Shown here: in pieces, positions 8,738 through 19,868 of the stretch
Layout of the letters: every line of letters begins with the position of its first letter
How positions within the stretch are numbered: position 1 is the stretch's first letter
Notes under the pieces: model-generated
Seen by the model: only the letters and a program-made list of their open reading frames with translations
Told to the model about the DNA's origin: nothing
Database searches by the model: none
Source of the DNA: Candidatus Peribacteria bacterium
GTDB lineage: Bacteria; Patescibacteriota; Gracilibacteria; Absconditabacterales; Absconditicoccaceae
Direction: 5' to 3'
Length of the DNA: 32,000 nucleotides
NCBI GenBank assembly: GCA_023898485.1
Contig: CP060225.1
Coordinates: 513,704 to 545,703, forward strand
Program-made: the position numbers and the translations under genes

Positions 8738-9700
8738 ATGAAACACTTAAGCTATGAGGAATGTGTACATATCGAAGTATTGGTAGGTGAAGGTTATTCT
8801 CATAGACGTATTGGAACAGTCCTATGAAGAAGTAATGGAAGTATTTCTCGTGAAATAAGAGAATATAGTATGAATGGAATCTATATTGCATCACTTGCAT
8901 ACCTCAAAAGAACCATAAAGAGACAGTTATGCAATAGTCTTATGCGCTGTAGAATAGACGAGTGAAGTGATCTAGCACAGTATACAATAGACAAGATGAA
9001 GCTCTATTGGTCACCAGAACAAATAGCAGGAAGGTGGAAGAAAGAGACATGAGAAACTATTTCAAAGGACACTATCTATAGGTACATTAAGATACATCAT
9101 CCAAAGTTAGTACCTCAATATTTCAGAAGAAAATGAAGAAAATATAAGTATAACAAAGAACCCTGTGATTATATCTATAACCGTATTAGTATTCATGAGA
9201 GGCCAGACATAGTGAAGAATAAAGAAAGAATAGGCGATCGAGAATGAGATACAGTTATAGGAAAATGAAGAACATGAGGTTTTGTGACTCTCAATGAAAG
9301 GAAGAGTGGTTATGTGCTAGCTGGGGTCATTAAGAAAAAGAAAGCGCAAGAGGTGTTATATGTGATGGAAAAGTTATTCAATGAGGTATCTGAAGGTATA
9401 AGAAAAACCCTCACCTTAGACAACGGCAGAGAGTTTTCTGAGCATTATATGTTGAAGCCATTGTGCGGGTTAGACACATACTTTGCAGACCCATGATCAC
9501 CCTGACAAAGATGAGCAAATGAGAATACAAATGGCTTACTGAGACAATTCTATCCAAAACGTATGAGTCTTGCAAATATTCAGCAAGAACACCTTGAATA
9601 CTATGTAAGTCTCCTTAATAATAGACCAAGAAAAAGGTTAGGTTACACTACTCCGATAGAGGTTCTTGCTGAATATAATAAGTGTGTGGATTTGAATTAG
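8738..9700 (+). CDS. IS30-family DDE transposase, 320 aa
   Basis: ATG 8738 to TAG 9698-9700 (321 codons) is in frame with track ORF 9284-9496. It has an N-terminal HTH (SYEECVHIEVLVGEGYSHRRIG), then GDREGDTVIG, TLTLDNGREFSEH and [28 protein letters not shown]...LNNRPRKRLGYTTPIEV. These match the IS30 catalytic core (WEGD...DNGxEF...PWQRGxNENxNGLLRQ...RPRKxLG). Ten TGA codons are read through. Confidence 0.85.
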
Positions 9701-10227
9701 AATCTAGTTTCTTGCAGATAGTTTTTTATGAGAGTAAATTCCTGGGCACGAGGAAATCATGGAAATTCCATATTATTTCAAGCAAAAATATCTTCTACTT
9801 GTTCTAGAGTAAATGTCTGCATATCTTCTACTTCACCATCTTTGAATTCAAATGGCCCATCATATCATTGCAATACATAGAGATAGTTGTGTCATCTATA
9901 CTCATTCTGACCATGACAAGTATACACTTGTATAAAATCTATTTTATCTCCCGCATCCATAATCCCAGCCTCTTCCTCTGCTTCTCTTATCATAGCTACT
10001 GTAGGCTCTTCTCATAAAGCAATATGACCACTTACTGTAGCATCTCGACAATCAGGCTTAATCCATTTATCCTTAGGTCTCTTTTGTAATCGTAGTTTAT
10101 TTTCAGTATTGAATACATAGAGAATTACTGCCCTCACATACTGTCATTGCTTGTATGCCTCAGACTTCATCATGTCTCCTATCCTCATATTATTTTCATC
10201 ATAGATATTGATACGTTCGTCAGCCAT
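9697..10227 (-). CDS. Nudix hydrolase
   Basis: The Nudix box GHIALGEEPTVAMIREAEEEAGI fits Gx5Ex7REUxEExGU. The Gly of LGEEP is TGA 10012-10014. The ORF is 177 codons in frame from ATG 10225-10227 to TAA 9697-9699. Its last roughly 10 codons lie inside the presumed right end of the IS30 element and overlap the transposase stop by 4 nt. Confidence 0.8.
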
Positions 10228-10276
10228 TAAAGGATGAAGTGGATAAAATAGATGAAGTTGATGAAATAATTTTATA

Positions 10277-13200
10277 TTATCCTATAATCTCTGCTTTGCC
10301 AGCATCGATGAGGTCTTTGACTTTTTTGTATTTGACTTCGTACTCTACTTTGCCATCAGGATAGCGGACGGTGATTTTGTCATTGGGGCGGAGTTTAGAT
10401 CACTTGGTTTGTAGTTCGTGGTCAGTGGTCAGTGGTTCGCTGCCCGTCTCAATCACTTCTACTCCGTCTTCGTCAGATTGGATTTGCTTCGTTGTTTTGG
10501 GTGTAGTTGTTGGTGCTGAAGGAGACGAAGCTGCTGCCGCTTTGATAGAGTCGATAATACCTGACTGTCTGGCTTGGATTCTTGCCTGACGAGCATTGAT
10601 TTGGTCATTCACATTATCCCAGTCGATCTGTGCTGTGCGAGTCACGATATCGCGGTCGATATTGGCCTGGAGCTGAAGGAAGAGTTCGTATGCCTCCCTT
10701 TTGTACTGGACGAGTGGATCGATCTGTGCATAGGACATGAGACCGACCTTGTCGCGAACATGCTGCATTACATCGATATGATCTATCCAATAGTGGTCGA
10801 TAATGTTCAAATTATTGGTCGTGATCATCTTGTTGACAATGACAGCAGGAATATCGTGCTGGACATCGAGTCTCTGCTCCAAATGATCGGTCAAAACATG
10901 CATGAGTTCGTTGGATGAACCAGGGACGCTGTCGAGGGTCAGGTTAAATTCTTTCTGAAGGGTAACAAGAAGATCTTCATCAGACACATCCAACTGTTCT
11001 TGCTCGGTCACAAAGCCAGCAATGACGTCTGGTATGAGTGTACGGATATCCTGGATGACAGGAGAGTCTGCCAAATTGATAGTTGCCTTATCATCGGTTT
11101 GTTTTTCTGCTTCAGAAAGTGCAACAAGGAGTTTATTTCTTCTATCATACATTCTTTGGCGCTGTTTGTCGACGACGGTATCATAGTCGAAGAGGTGCTT
11201 ACGAGAAGAGAAATGTCGTGCCTCCATCTGCTTCTGTGCGCGGATGATAGAGCCACCAAATTGTTTATTCGTCAGTTCCATCTGCTCGAGCTGATCTCTA
11301 GACATGAGTGTGGCTGCGAGGGATTGGATTTTTTCTCCGCCGACTTTGCGCATGATCTCATCATCGAGTGCGACGAAAAACATCGATACACCCGCATCTC
11401 CTTGACGACCGGCACGACCACGGAGCTGGTTATCGATACGACGAGAGTCATGTTTTTCGGTAGCGAGGATCATCAGACCATAATGAATATTTTGCTCGAC
11501 AAGATCACCTGTCGCTCATGCTGGTTTGATAGTGAGTTCAAGATAGGTGTCTGATGGTTTGGATTTCTTCGTATTGAAGGTGAAGGTCCACTCTGCTCCC
11601 TCATGGGTCAGTGTGTGATTGCGCTCTGCATCACGTACCTCATCGAGTGATAACCCGAACTGTGCAACCAACGCGTCAAAGGTCAGTTCCGCTTCTTCGC
11701 GAGAGAAGATATCGAGTGACACAGGGTGAGCATTTTGGAGCTGAGTGCTGATTCGCTTAGCATAATTAGTAGCGATCTGTATATTAAGATCGTCGGGGAG
11801 TTTGATATCCGTACCACGACCGGCCATATTGGTCGCGACGACGACCGATCCCAACTTACCTGCACCTGCGACGATATTCGCTTCTTGTTCGTGAAATTTG
11901 GCATTGAGGACAGAGTGTTTGATCGCTACTTGAGTCAGTAGTGATGAGACGAACTCCGAGGTGTGAATCGATGAGGTACCAACCAAAATCGGCTGACCCA
12001 TACGATGTGCAAACTGGATAGTGTCCATGACGGCTTTCCATTTGGCGTTTTGGGAGAAGTATACTTTGTCTTCGTAGTCGACACGGATGACTGGCTTGTT
12101 GGTCCTGATCGCAAGGACACCCAACTCATAGATAGACTCAAATTCTTCACCTTCGGTCGTTGCGGTACCCGTCATACCAGCAAGTTTGTCGTATTGTTTG
12201 AAAAAGTTTTGGTAGGTAATGGTTGCGATGGTTTTGGATTCACGCTGGATAGCTACTCACTCTTTGGCTTCGATCGCTTGGTGGAGTCACTGGTTGAATC
12301 TACGACCTGGCATTGCACGTCCGGTATTGGTATCGATGATGACTACTTCGCCATTAGATACGATATATTCTTTGTCTGCGCGATAGACTGCTTGGGCTTT
12401 GATAGCGTTTTCGATGTGGTGTATCTCATCGAAGCCGAGATCTCTGTAGAGATTTTCTACTCACAAAATACTCTCAAGTTTGGCGATACCCTCGGAGGTA
12501 AGGGTAGCATTTTTGGTCTTTTCGTCGATGTAGTAGTCTCCATGTGGTTCGGATTCTGATTCATCTTTTTTCTCATCATTGAGTAGATCATGGAGAAATC
12601 ATTTTGAAACTTTTTTGCGTCCAGGAGCTGCAGTGAGGTTGCGGATGATCTTGGCGTAGTAAGTGTATTTGTCCGTAGACTCCTCTGCTGGCTGCGAGAT
12701 AATCAGCGGTGTACGTGCTTCGTCGATCAGGATAGAGTCTATTTCGTCCACAATGGCAAAATATAATGGTCTCCAGAGCAGCACTCTCTGTTCCATCGTC
12801 TTGGCGATATTGTCGCGGAGATAGTCAAATCCAAGCTCTGAGTTTTCGACGTAGGTGATGTCACATTCATACTCTTGGCGGCGAGCTTTGCCTTGAGGAG
12901 TGCTCTTGGTCACGGAGCCAATCGTCATCCCGAGAAATTGATAGAGATGTCCGATCCATGCAGCATCACGAGATGCGAGATAATCGTTCACCGTGACGAG
13001 ATGGACACCCTTACCGGTGAGAGCATTCAGATAGAGTGGTAATGCTGCTACTAGTGTTTTACCTTCACCGGTTTTCATCTCAGCGATTGCATCACGATGG
13101 AGTACGATACCTCCCAGTAACTGGACATCATACGGGATCATGTTCCAGGTCTGGAGTGTGCCTTTGACATCGTATTCGTTGCCGACCATGAGTGCACATG

Positions 13201-13423
13201 CACGTTTGACGAGTGCAAATGCTTCGGGCAAGATGTCGTCAAGATGTTCGCCTGACGCGACTCTGGATTTGAGTTCCGCGGTTTTGGTCTGGACTGCTTC
13301 TTGATCATAGTCAGCGTAGTCATGCTCGTAGATCTCATTGATCTGGCGGATAATGGGGTCGATTTTTTTGAGTTCTCTTTCGTTGTAATTTCCTGATATT
13401 TTATCAGCTAATCGGTTGATCAT
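10277..13423 (-). CDS. secA: Preprotein translocase ATPase SecA (1,048 aa)
   Basis: Track ORFs 12599-13423, 11516-12175 and 10400-11473 are in one frame. The 12176-12598 gap translates as ...[17 protein letters not shown]...[60 protein letters not shown] without TAA/TAG. GLHQ and KEGV use TGA 12287-12289 and 12257-12259. The true stop is TAA 10277-10279. The C-terminal tail lacks the Zn-binding CxCxSGxKxKxCH motif. Confidence 0.95.
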
Positions 13424-13505
13424 GTGTGAAATTTGCAGAGTGAAAAAATGAAAAAATAGTGTCGCCTAGACTACTCTTTTGGAATAATGATTGCAAGAGC
13501 AAGGC

Positions 13506-13540
13506 AACAAAAAATAGCACCTATGTTTTTTGGGTGCTAT
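13506..13540 (-). terminator. Terminator-like hairpin plus U-tract in the secA 5' region (possible attenuator or sRNA end)
   Basis: On the minus strand, ATAGCACC (13533-13540) and GGTGCTAT (13514-21) form an 8-bp stem that is followed by TTTTTGTTG. It lies about 90 nt upstream of the secA start, and no minus-strand gene lies above it. Confidence 0.35.
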
Positions 13541-13834
13541 ATGGCTCTATTATCTCCTTGGTATAGTCCTTATCTGCCTACTATGTAGAAGATTATGAGA
13601 TACCTCCTAATAATTAGTACATTATATCACATATAGAACATCATGCATTGTGTGATACAAGGTGCAGTGTGTTTTCCCTGCATTAGGATTTTCATGTGAT
13701 ACGCACAAAACTATAACTAGATATACTTTCCTATATTTGTGTATCGCAATTATATGATATAATGGTAAAAAATAGAATATCTCACCATGCATCATTATAC
13801 TCGTGGATAGTTTTATGTGTTTTGCACACTATAC

Positions 13835-16600
13835 ATGTACAATCCTAACGATATTACACTCAATCCTAACAGTACTACTACACCACCACATCAGCCACAG
13901 CCACAAAATGAGCATGATACAACAGCCGTACCAACGGTTCACGCACCAGTGTCTGATGAAAGTTTTGATGTAGATAGAGCCTTGGCGGCTATCGAGGAAT
14001 CTACGCCCAGTCCTGATCCATTGATCAAAGTCAACCCAAGAAATGCAGACGCTGTGATCGAAAATCACCAAGAGGACGTGCGCAATGGTCTTGTAAGTGA
14101 CGATACTCCCGTTCCACCGATGGTGCAACCATCAGTACCTCATGCTCCAGTCGCTCAACCACTTCCCACACAACAAATACCTTCCACTCTTCCCACTACT
14201 CCGACTATACCTACCACATCCAATACTCCTGACTCTCCTGCCAAACAAGCCGTCCATCAAGCATTTGGTGTTGCAGGCGCAGTCACTGCCGCTACCGCAG
14301 CTACATCATCCGCTACTCCGACTGTACCAACTATCCCTGTTGTCCCAGCTACTCCTACTACAACCACTCCACGTGTTATCAATACCAAAAAAAGCGGAAA
14401 ACGTATTAGTTTTATTGGTTTTACTATAGGCTGTGGAATTTTTCTTCTTCTCCTCTTAGGTGGAGGTGCTCTTGTTCTCTGGAGCATGTTCCAAGATCCC
14501 AATCAAGCATGGACTATCATAGATCGTGCATCAGGGGAACTGCTTATTAAACTCTTCACTGGTACTATATTTGGTATCTTGACGATCTTTGGAGTCTTCT
14601 TCCTTTTTGTTAATCTCTTCAGACTCGCATCCAAAAAAAACACCAGAAAAATTTCTTATATTGGTGGTATGTTGGTAGGTTTTCTCATGTTAGGTGCGTG
14701 ACTAGGTGCTGGCATCCCTGCTATCAGCTATCTCAACACACTCAGCACTAATAATGTGAGTACAGGCCTTATGGTCGAAGCATACGTACTCTTAGGAAAC
14801 AATGAATCACCACGTCATATCAATGATGATACTCCTCCACTCAGAATTGCTCCTGCCAAAATCCTCTTTGAACTCAATACTACCGTATATAAAGCCACCG
14901 TAGGACAACTTGGACTGCAGACTACACCACGTATGACATTGGATTGTGGAAATGGTGAGACATTCTCCTATAGCAATGAAAGTAATACATTCTGACCATG
15001 TTTCTATACAGAAAAGGGTGACTACCCCGTCACTATCACATTCAACTATACTGATAGATCTACCGGACAGATGACGGAACAAGTCTTCGATATGGGATCA
15101 TTTCCTATAGATGGACAAATTGCTCTTGCTAATATCAACGGTACTTCTCAGACAAAGCTCTTACTCAACAATGATAAGACCGAACTCATTGCAGGTATTG
15201 CACCTGCTAAAATCAGATTCGATGCACAAGATCTTATCAGTGATCTCCAATTACCTACCAACGATATCACATGGGACATAGATGGTGATGGTATATTTGA
15301 GCGCGCAGAGGATGTAGTATTCTCAGAAAGTTTTATCCTCTCCAAACTTCATACCATCAACTATAAAATCGGAACATCACCATATACCTATACCTTCGAT
15401 CTCAGAGTACAACAGTCTGATGTCCCTATCTGTATGATCGATGTCGAGGACACCACCAGCAAATCATATGACTTCGTCATTTCATTCGTCGAAACCAACG
15501 CCGATATTAGTCAGTACGGTTTTGAAATCATCAATACGACAACAAATCAAATCATCGACAGACGCCAAAGCACGATCGGATCACTTTCCTACGATTTCAC
15601 TCGCGAATGATCGTATGCTGTCAAAGCGTATTTTATCACCGATGATGGTAGTAGGGGTGATTGTGAGAGTGATGATTTTCGTGTCGGAGCGGTACCATAT
15701 GTCGTCGATTATACGACTACTGTACAGTGACCAGGTGAATCTAGTGCATCCACGTTGGCACAGAGCGACGTACTTACTATCAACGATGACGAGACGTGGA
15801 CTATCATGAGCATACCAACCAAACTAGCTATCACCATAGCAGATATCAGACCAAGAAGTGGCACAGTCACTCCCATAGTAGAACTCGATGGTGAACCCAT
15901 CCTCTCTACTAATAATGAAAATTTTTCACTCACGATTAGTGCAGTAGGAGATCACACACTCACTATCGGTGTACGTGACACACTTACCAATGAAACCAGC
16001 ATCATAGAAAGTCATACTATCCACGTAGAACTCCCTAGTATAGAAGGACAGCTGCAGGTAAGTCCTAACAGTGTTGGTGACGAACCGTTTACCGTCACGC
16101 TCGACGCATCGACCGTCACACTCAATGATCCTGATGATGAGGTAGTCTACTTCTCATGGGATTTTGGCGATGGAGAAGTCAAGAAAAATCAAAGCCAAGG
16201 AAGAATCCAACACACCTATTACTTTAATGAAGAAACACAAGAAGGAATCTACCACCCTACTTGTACCATCACCACTCGCAAAGGTGAAACCATGACACTC
16301 TCACTCGCAGATCCTATTACCATAAAAAGAGCACTCAGACACGCTGAGATCATCTTTGACTCGCATCCTGCACAGCTTGCCAATATCGGTGAGAATGTCG
16401 ATATGTCCCTCATAGTAGACGGCATACCAAGCACAGTAATCTGGGATTTTGGCGATGGACAGAACTTCCAATGTACAGGCAGAACCTGTAATGAAGTTAC
16501 TCACAACTTCCTAGATACAGGCACCTATGCAGTCTCTGTGACGATCTCCTATGGTGACCACCCCGACGTCACTGCCAAAAAGAATATTGTCATTCAGTAA
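13835..16600 (+). CDS. Large membrane-anchored surface protein with PKD/Ig-like repeats (about 921 aa)
   Basis: Track ORFs 13817-14701, 14756-14995, 15071-15610 and 15755-16600 share one frame. I read the gaps and they contain only TGA. A Pro/Thr-rich N-terminal region is followed by three TM segments (for example ISFIGFTIGCGIFLLLLLGGGALVLW). Repeated beta-rich modules then carry PKD hallmarks WDIDGDG, WDFGDGEVK and WDFGDGQNF. The stop is TAA 16598-16600. The start is taken at ATG 13835, with an alternative GTG at 13817. Confidence 0.8.
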
Positions 16601-16630
16601 CATAACGCATCCTATCATATCATCATTCTT

Positions 16631-16657
16631 ACCTCCTATTCTGGAGGTTTTCTTTTT
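16631..16657 (+). terminator. Weak rho-independent terminator after the PKD gene
   Basis: ACCTCC (16631-36) and GGAGGT (16643-48) form the stem, followed by TTTTCTTTTT. The stem is only 6 bp. Confidence 0.4.
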
Positions 16658-16774
16658 GCATATTCACTCGATTTCTGTATAGGGGAACAAAAGAGTAAAA
16701 AGGTACAGAAGAATAAAAAGCTCCACTACCTCTGCACCTATTGCTCCCTTTGTACCTTCTGCTCCCTATAATAT

Positions 16775-18676
16775 ATGAACTATCTCACCATCCGCGATCT
16801 ACATAAATCATTTGCTCATAAACCACTCTTCGAATGACTGGAGATGACCATCGCAGCAGGACAAAAAGTAGCTCTCGTAGGTGCCAACGGATCGGGAAAA
16901 ACCACTCTCATCCGCACGATCATGGGAGAGTCCGACTATAGTCAAGGATCAATCGAACGATCAGACCGCATTCACGTCGGACGACTTCGTCAAGAAGCGA
17001 CGTTTAATCCTGACCAACTCGTGATTGATATCCTCTTCGCAGACGATACTCCCAGAGCCCAAGCGATCAAACAGTATGAAAAAATCATCTCTCATCCCGA
17101 CTTCGATCCACAAGCATTTGCAGATATCCAACATCAGATCGACACGCTCGATGCGTGGACCTACGAGTCTAGAGTCAGATCCATCATTTCTCAACTCCAG
17201 CTGACACCGTTCTTAGAGCAAACGTTTGGCTCACTCTCGGGTGGTGAAGCCAAGAGAATCGCACTAGCCAAGGTACTGATAGAAGATCCTCAGATGCTCA
17301 TCCTGGACGAACCGACCAACCACCTGGATGTGACGATGATAGAATGGCTGGAAGACTATATCGCTCGCTATGATCTGACGATCCTGATGGTGACGCATGA
17401 TAGATACTTCCTCGACCGTGTGTGTACAGATATCTACGAGCTCTATGATGGACAGATCACGACCTATCCTGGGAGTTATCAGCACTATCTCTACGCCAAA
17501 TCGCAGCGTGACACGGCAGCAGACGACCTCCTCCATGAGACCAAAATGCTCTATCGTAAGGAATTGCAATGGATGCGCACCTCTCCTCGTGCTCGCCAGA
17601 CCAAAAGTGTCGATAGACAGAAAAAATTCTATGATCTCGAAAAAGACTACAAAACACAAAGAAAAACCTCCAAACTCAGACGCCAATGACTAGAACTCTC
17701 CACAACCACGTCCAGACTCGGGGGCAAAGTCATCAAAACAGAACGTATCAGCAAATCATACGGCGACAAGTGTCTGATTCGTGATTTTTCGTATCAGTTC
17801 CAGCAGGGTGAACGCATCGGTATCATCGGTCCCAATGGCGTGGGCAAATCGACGTTTATCCGTCTGTTGCTGGGTGCTGTCGAGCCAGACTCGGGCCATA
17901 TCATTACCGGCAAGACGGTCGTCTTCGGTCACTATCTCCAAGAGCAGCAAGAGTTCAACCCCGACAAGAAAGTCATCGATATCGTCAAAGATGTCGCTCC
18001 GTATATACGCCAAGCTGATGGATCCAAAGTCTCTGCGACCAAACTGCTCGAACAGTTTATGTTTACACCCAAGCAGCAACACAGCTTCGCCAAACATCTC
18101 TCAGGAGGCGAAAAACGTCGCCTGACCCTCCTGCTCGTCCTGCTACAGAATCCCAACTTTCTCATCCTCGACGAGCCGACCAATGACCTCGATATCGACA
18201 GTGTGCAAGTGCTCGAACAGTTCCTCCTTGCATACACGGGCTGTCTGATCGTCATCTCCCATGACAGATTCTTCATGGACAAAATCGTCGATCACCTCTT
18301 CGTATTCGAGGGAGAAGGAAAAATCGCAGACTACTGGGGAAGCTATAGCACCTACAAAATGGATAAGGAAAAAATCGATACAGTAGATAAAATTGAAGAA
18401 ATGGAAGAGGAATCCAATTCATCCATTTGATCAAATTCGTCCACTTCATCCTCCAAACCCAATAAATTAGGTTACATGGACCAAAGAGAATTCGATGCCA
18501 TCGTCCCTGCACTCGAACAGCTCGAAGCAGAAAAAGATGCCATCAATCTCCAGTTCCAAGACCCCTCTATCGATCACGAAACACTCAAAAAACTCAGCCG
18601 TCGCATGGCTGAGCTCGTCACAGAGATAGAAGAGAAAGAGATGAGGTGGATGGAGTTGGTGGAGAAGGTGAGTTAA
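16775..18676 (+). CDS. ABC-F family ATPase (two ABC domains plus C-terminal coiled coil, Uup-like), 633 aa
   Basis: ATG 16775 is in frame with track ORFs 16844-17689, 17840-18430 and 18476-18676. There are two Walker A sites (GANGSGKTT, GPNGVGKST), two signatures (LSGGEAKR, LSGGEKRR) and Walker B motifs (LILDEPTNHLD, LILDEPTNDLD). Read-through TGAs give LFEGLEMTI and an inter-domain linker. The stop is TAA 18674-18676. Confidence 0.9.
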
Positions 18677-19441
18677 TTACTCAATTACTCTATATCCATC
18701 ACTTGTCACTTCATATAGAGCGCCATTACCTGTATCAATACGCAAACTTAATCGCATTATATTCCAGCTAGCAGAAATCTCCTGATAATATGCACCTATA
18801 TTAGGAATTTCTATAATTTTACAAACTCCTGCACTTTCTGGAGTGAAGAATACCAACAAAGTATCATCATTGGCTGTTGGTGTACCATTTTCTTGATAAC
18901 CAAAAGTCACATATTCTACAAATTTACCATCTAGCACCATATTATCTTTGTCCCATGACTGTACGATTCAATCTTGGTTAACAAAATAATACATAGTATC
19001 ATCAGACAGGAACATGCTATTTCCGCAGAAAAGGTCTTTTTCTATAGTCATCGTAGACAGATTGATTGAACTGATTTTTTTATCTTCCATTCGTAGATCA
19101 TTATCATCTTGAAGCCATCTGTAAGATAGTGATCATGAAATATCCAAAGGAAAAATTGTGTCGTTAGCGGTAACTCATGATAATATAACCAATGACATAT
19201 CACCAGGATTAAAACGATTCTCATCTCGATATATATCTATGCCATCAGTATAATATCATGCATATCCACTAAATAATGGATGAATATCATGTCTCTGACT
19301 CTCATTTATGTCATTACTACCAGTCATAACGCTAGATCAAGTAGTGCTATCACTAGAATCATCTATCATAACGGATCCACAACCAGCTAGTATTACTATC
19401 AAAAGTGCACCGCTCAACCCAAATCAAAGAAGTTTTTTCAT
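18677..19441 (-). CDS. Hypothetical lipoprotein, 254 aa
   Basis: ATG 19439-19441 is in frame with track ORF 18677-18940 through several TGA codons. MKKLLGFGLSGALLIVILAGCGS contains a lipobox (LAGC). Its stop, TAA 18677-18679, abuts the ABC-F stop with no spacer. Confidence 0.6.
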
Positions 19442-19504
19442 ATCAATAAAGAGAAAAATAAAAATCCCTACTAACAATATATATGTATTCAGAAAAAGCA
19501 ATAA

Positions 19505-19693
19505 TTATTTCTTCCTCTTCCCCGACCTGACCAATGATCTTGCCTCACGGATCTTGAGCTCTCTCATGAGTGAGCGGATAGGCACACTCGCATACGATCC
19601 TGATGGTAGGGCGAAATTGATCAGGAGATCATTATCCTGATATCTGACCCAAACATTCGATGGTGTCACCCAGAGGGCGCGACTACATCTTAC
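19505..19693 (-). pseudogene. truD: Relic of the 3' end of truD (tRNA pseudouridine-13 synthase)
   Basis: One minus-strand frame reads RALWVTPSNVWVRYQDNDLLINFALPSGSYASVPIRSLMRELK and ends at TAA 19505-19507. This matches the TruD C-terminal pattern RALxxxPxxLxW...LxLxFxLPxGSYATxxLREL. A TAA sits immediately upstream (19694-19696), and there is no room for the other roughly 280 aa before the next gene. The segment is visibly more GC-rich than its flanks. Confidence 0.55.
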
Positions 19694-19868
19694 TTATTTT
19701 GGCAAGCAATTTCTGCTTCCAATACAGGTGTTTTGGTGGTAGACATGAGTATATATATATCATAAAAAGATACCATAGCGATATTATACATCGTAATCAT
19801 TTCTTATGTATTTGTCAACTATCTTTTGTGTTTTTCTGATTAAAGTATTTTTGCACGTATGGGTTTTC

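Larger units (their letters stand above)
8629..9727 (+). mobile_element. IS30-family insertion sequence (ends approximate)
   Basis: A single transposase gene is flanked by imperfect inverted TATGCAAGA / TCTTGCAGATA motifs (8632-8640 and 9710-9720). The size of about 1.1 kb fits IS30-family elements. The end assignment is tentative and I could not define target-site duplications. Confidence 0.5.

Noticed and set aside
19505-19540. SRP (4.5S) RNA-like motif GGTCAGGTCGGGGAAGAGGAAG on the minus strand, within the GC-rich island
   Set aside because: It resembles the helix-8 consensus GGUCAGGUCCGGAAGGAAGCAGC only partially. The flanking sequence cannot form the closing helix (AT-rich downstream, no complementary 5' arm). 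The same DNA is explained by the truD C-terminal reading frame. I also checked for tmRNA, RNase P and tRNA T-loop signatures and found none.
19308-19640. 110-aa plus-strand ORF spanning the lipoprotein start and the GC-rich island
   Set aside because: The first half is antisense to the lipoprotein gene (signal peptide plus lipobox on the minus strand). The remainder has no motif support, and the truD-like minus frame is the better explanation.
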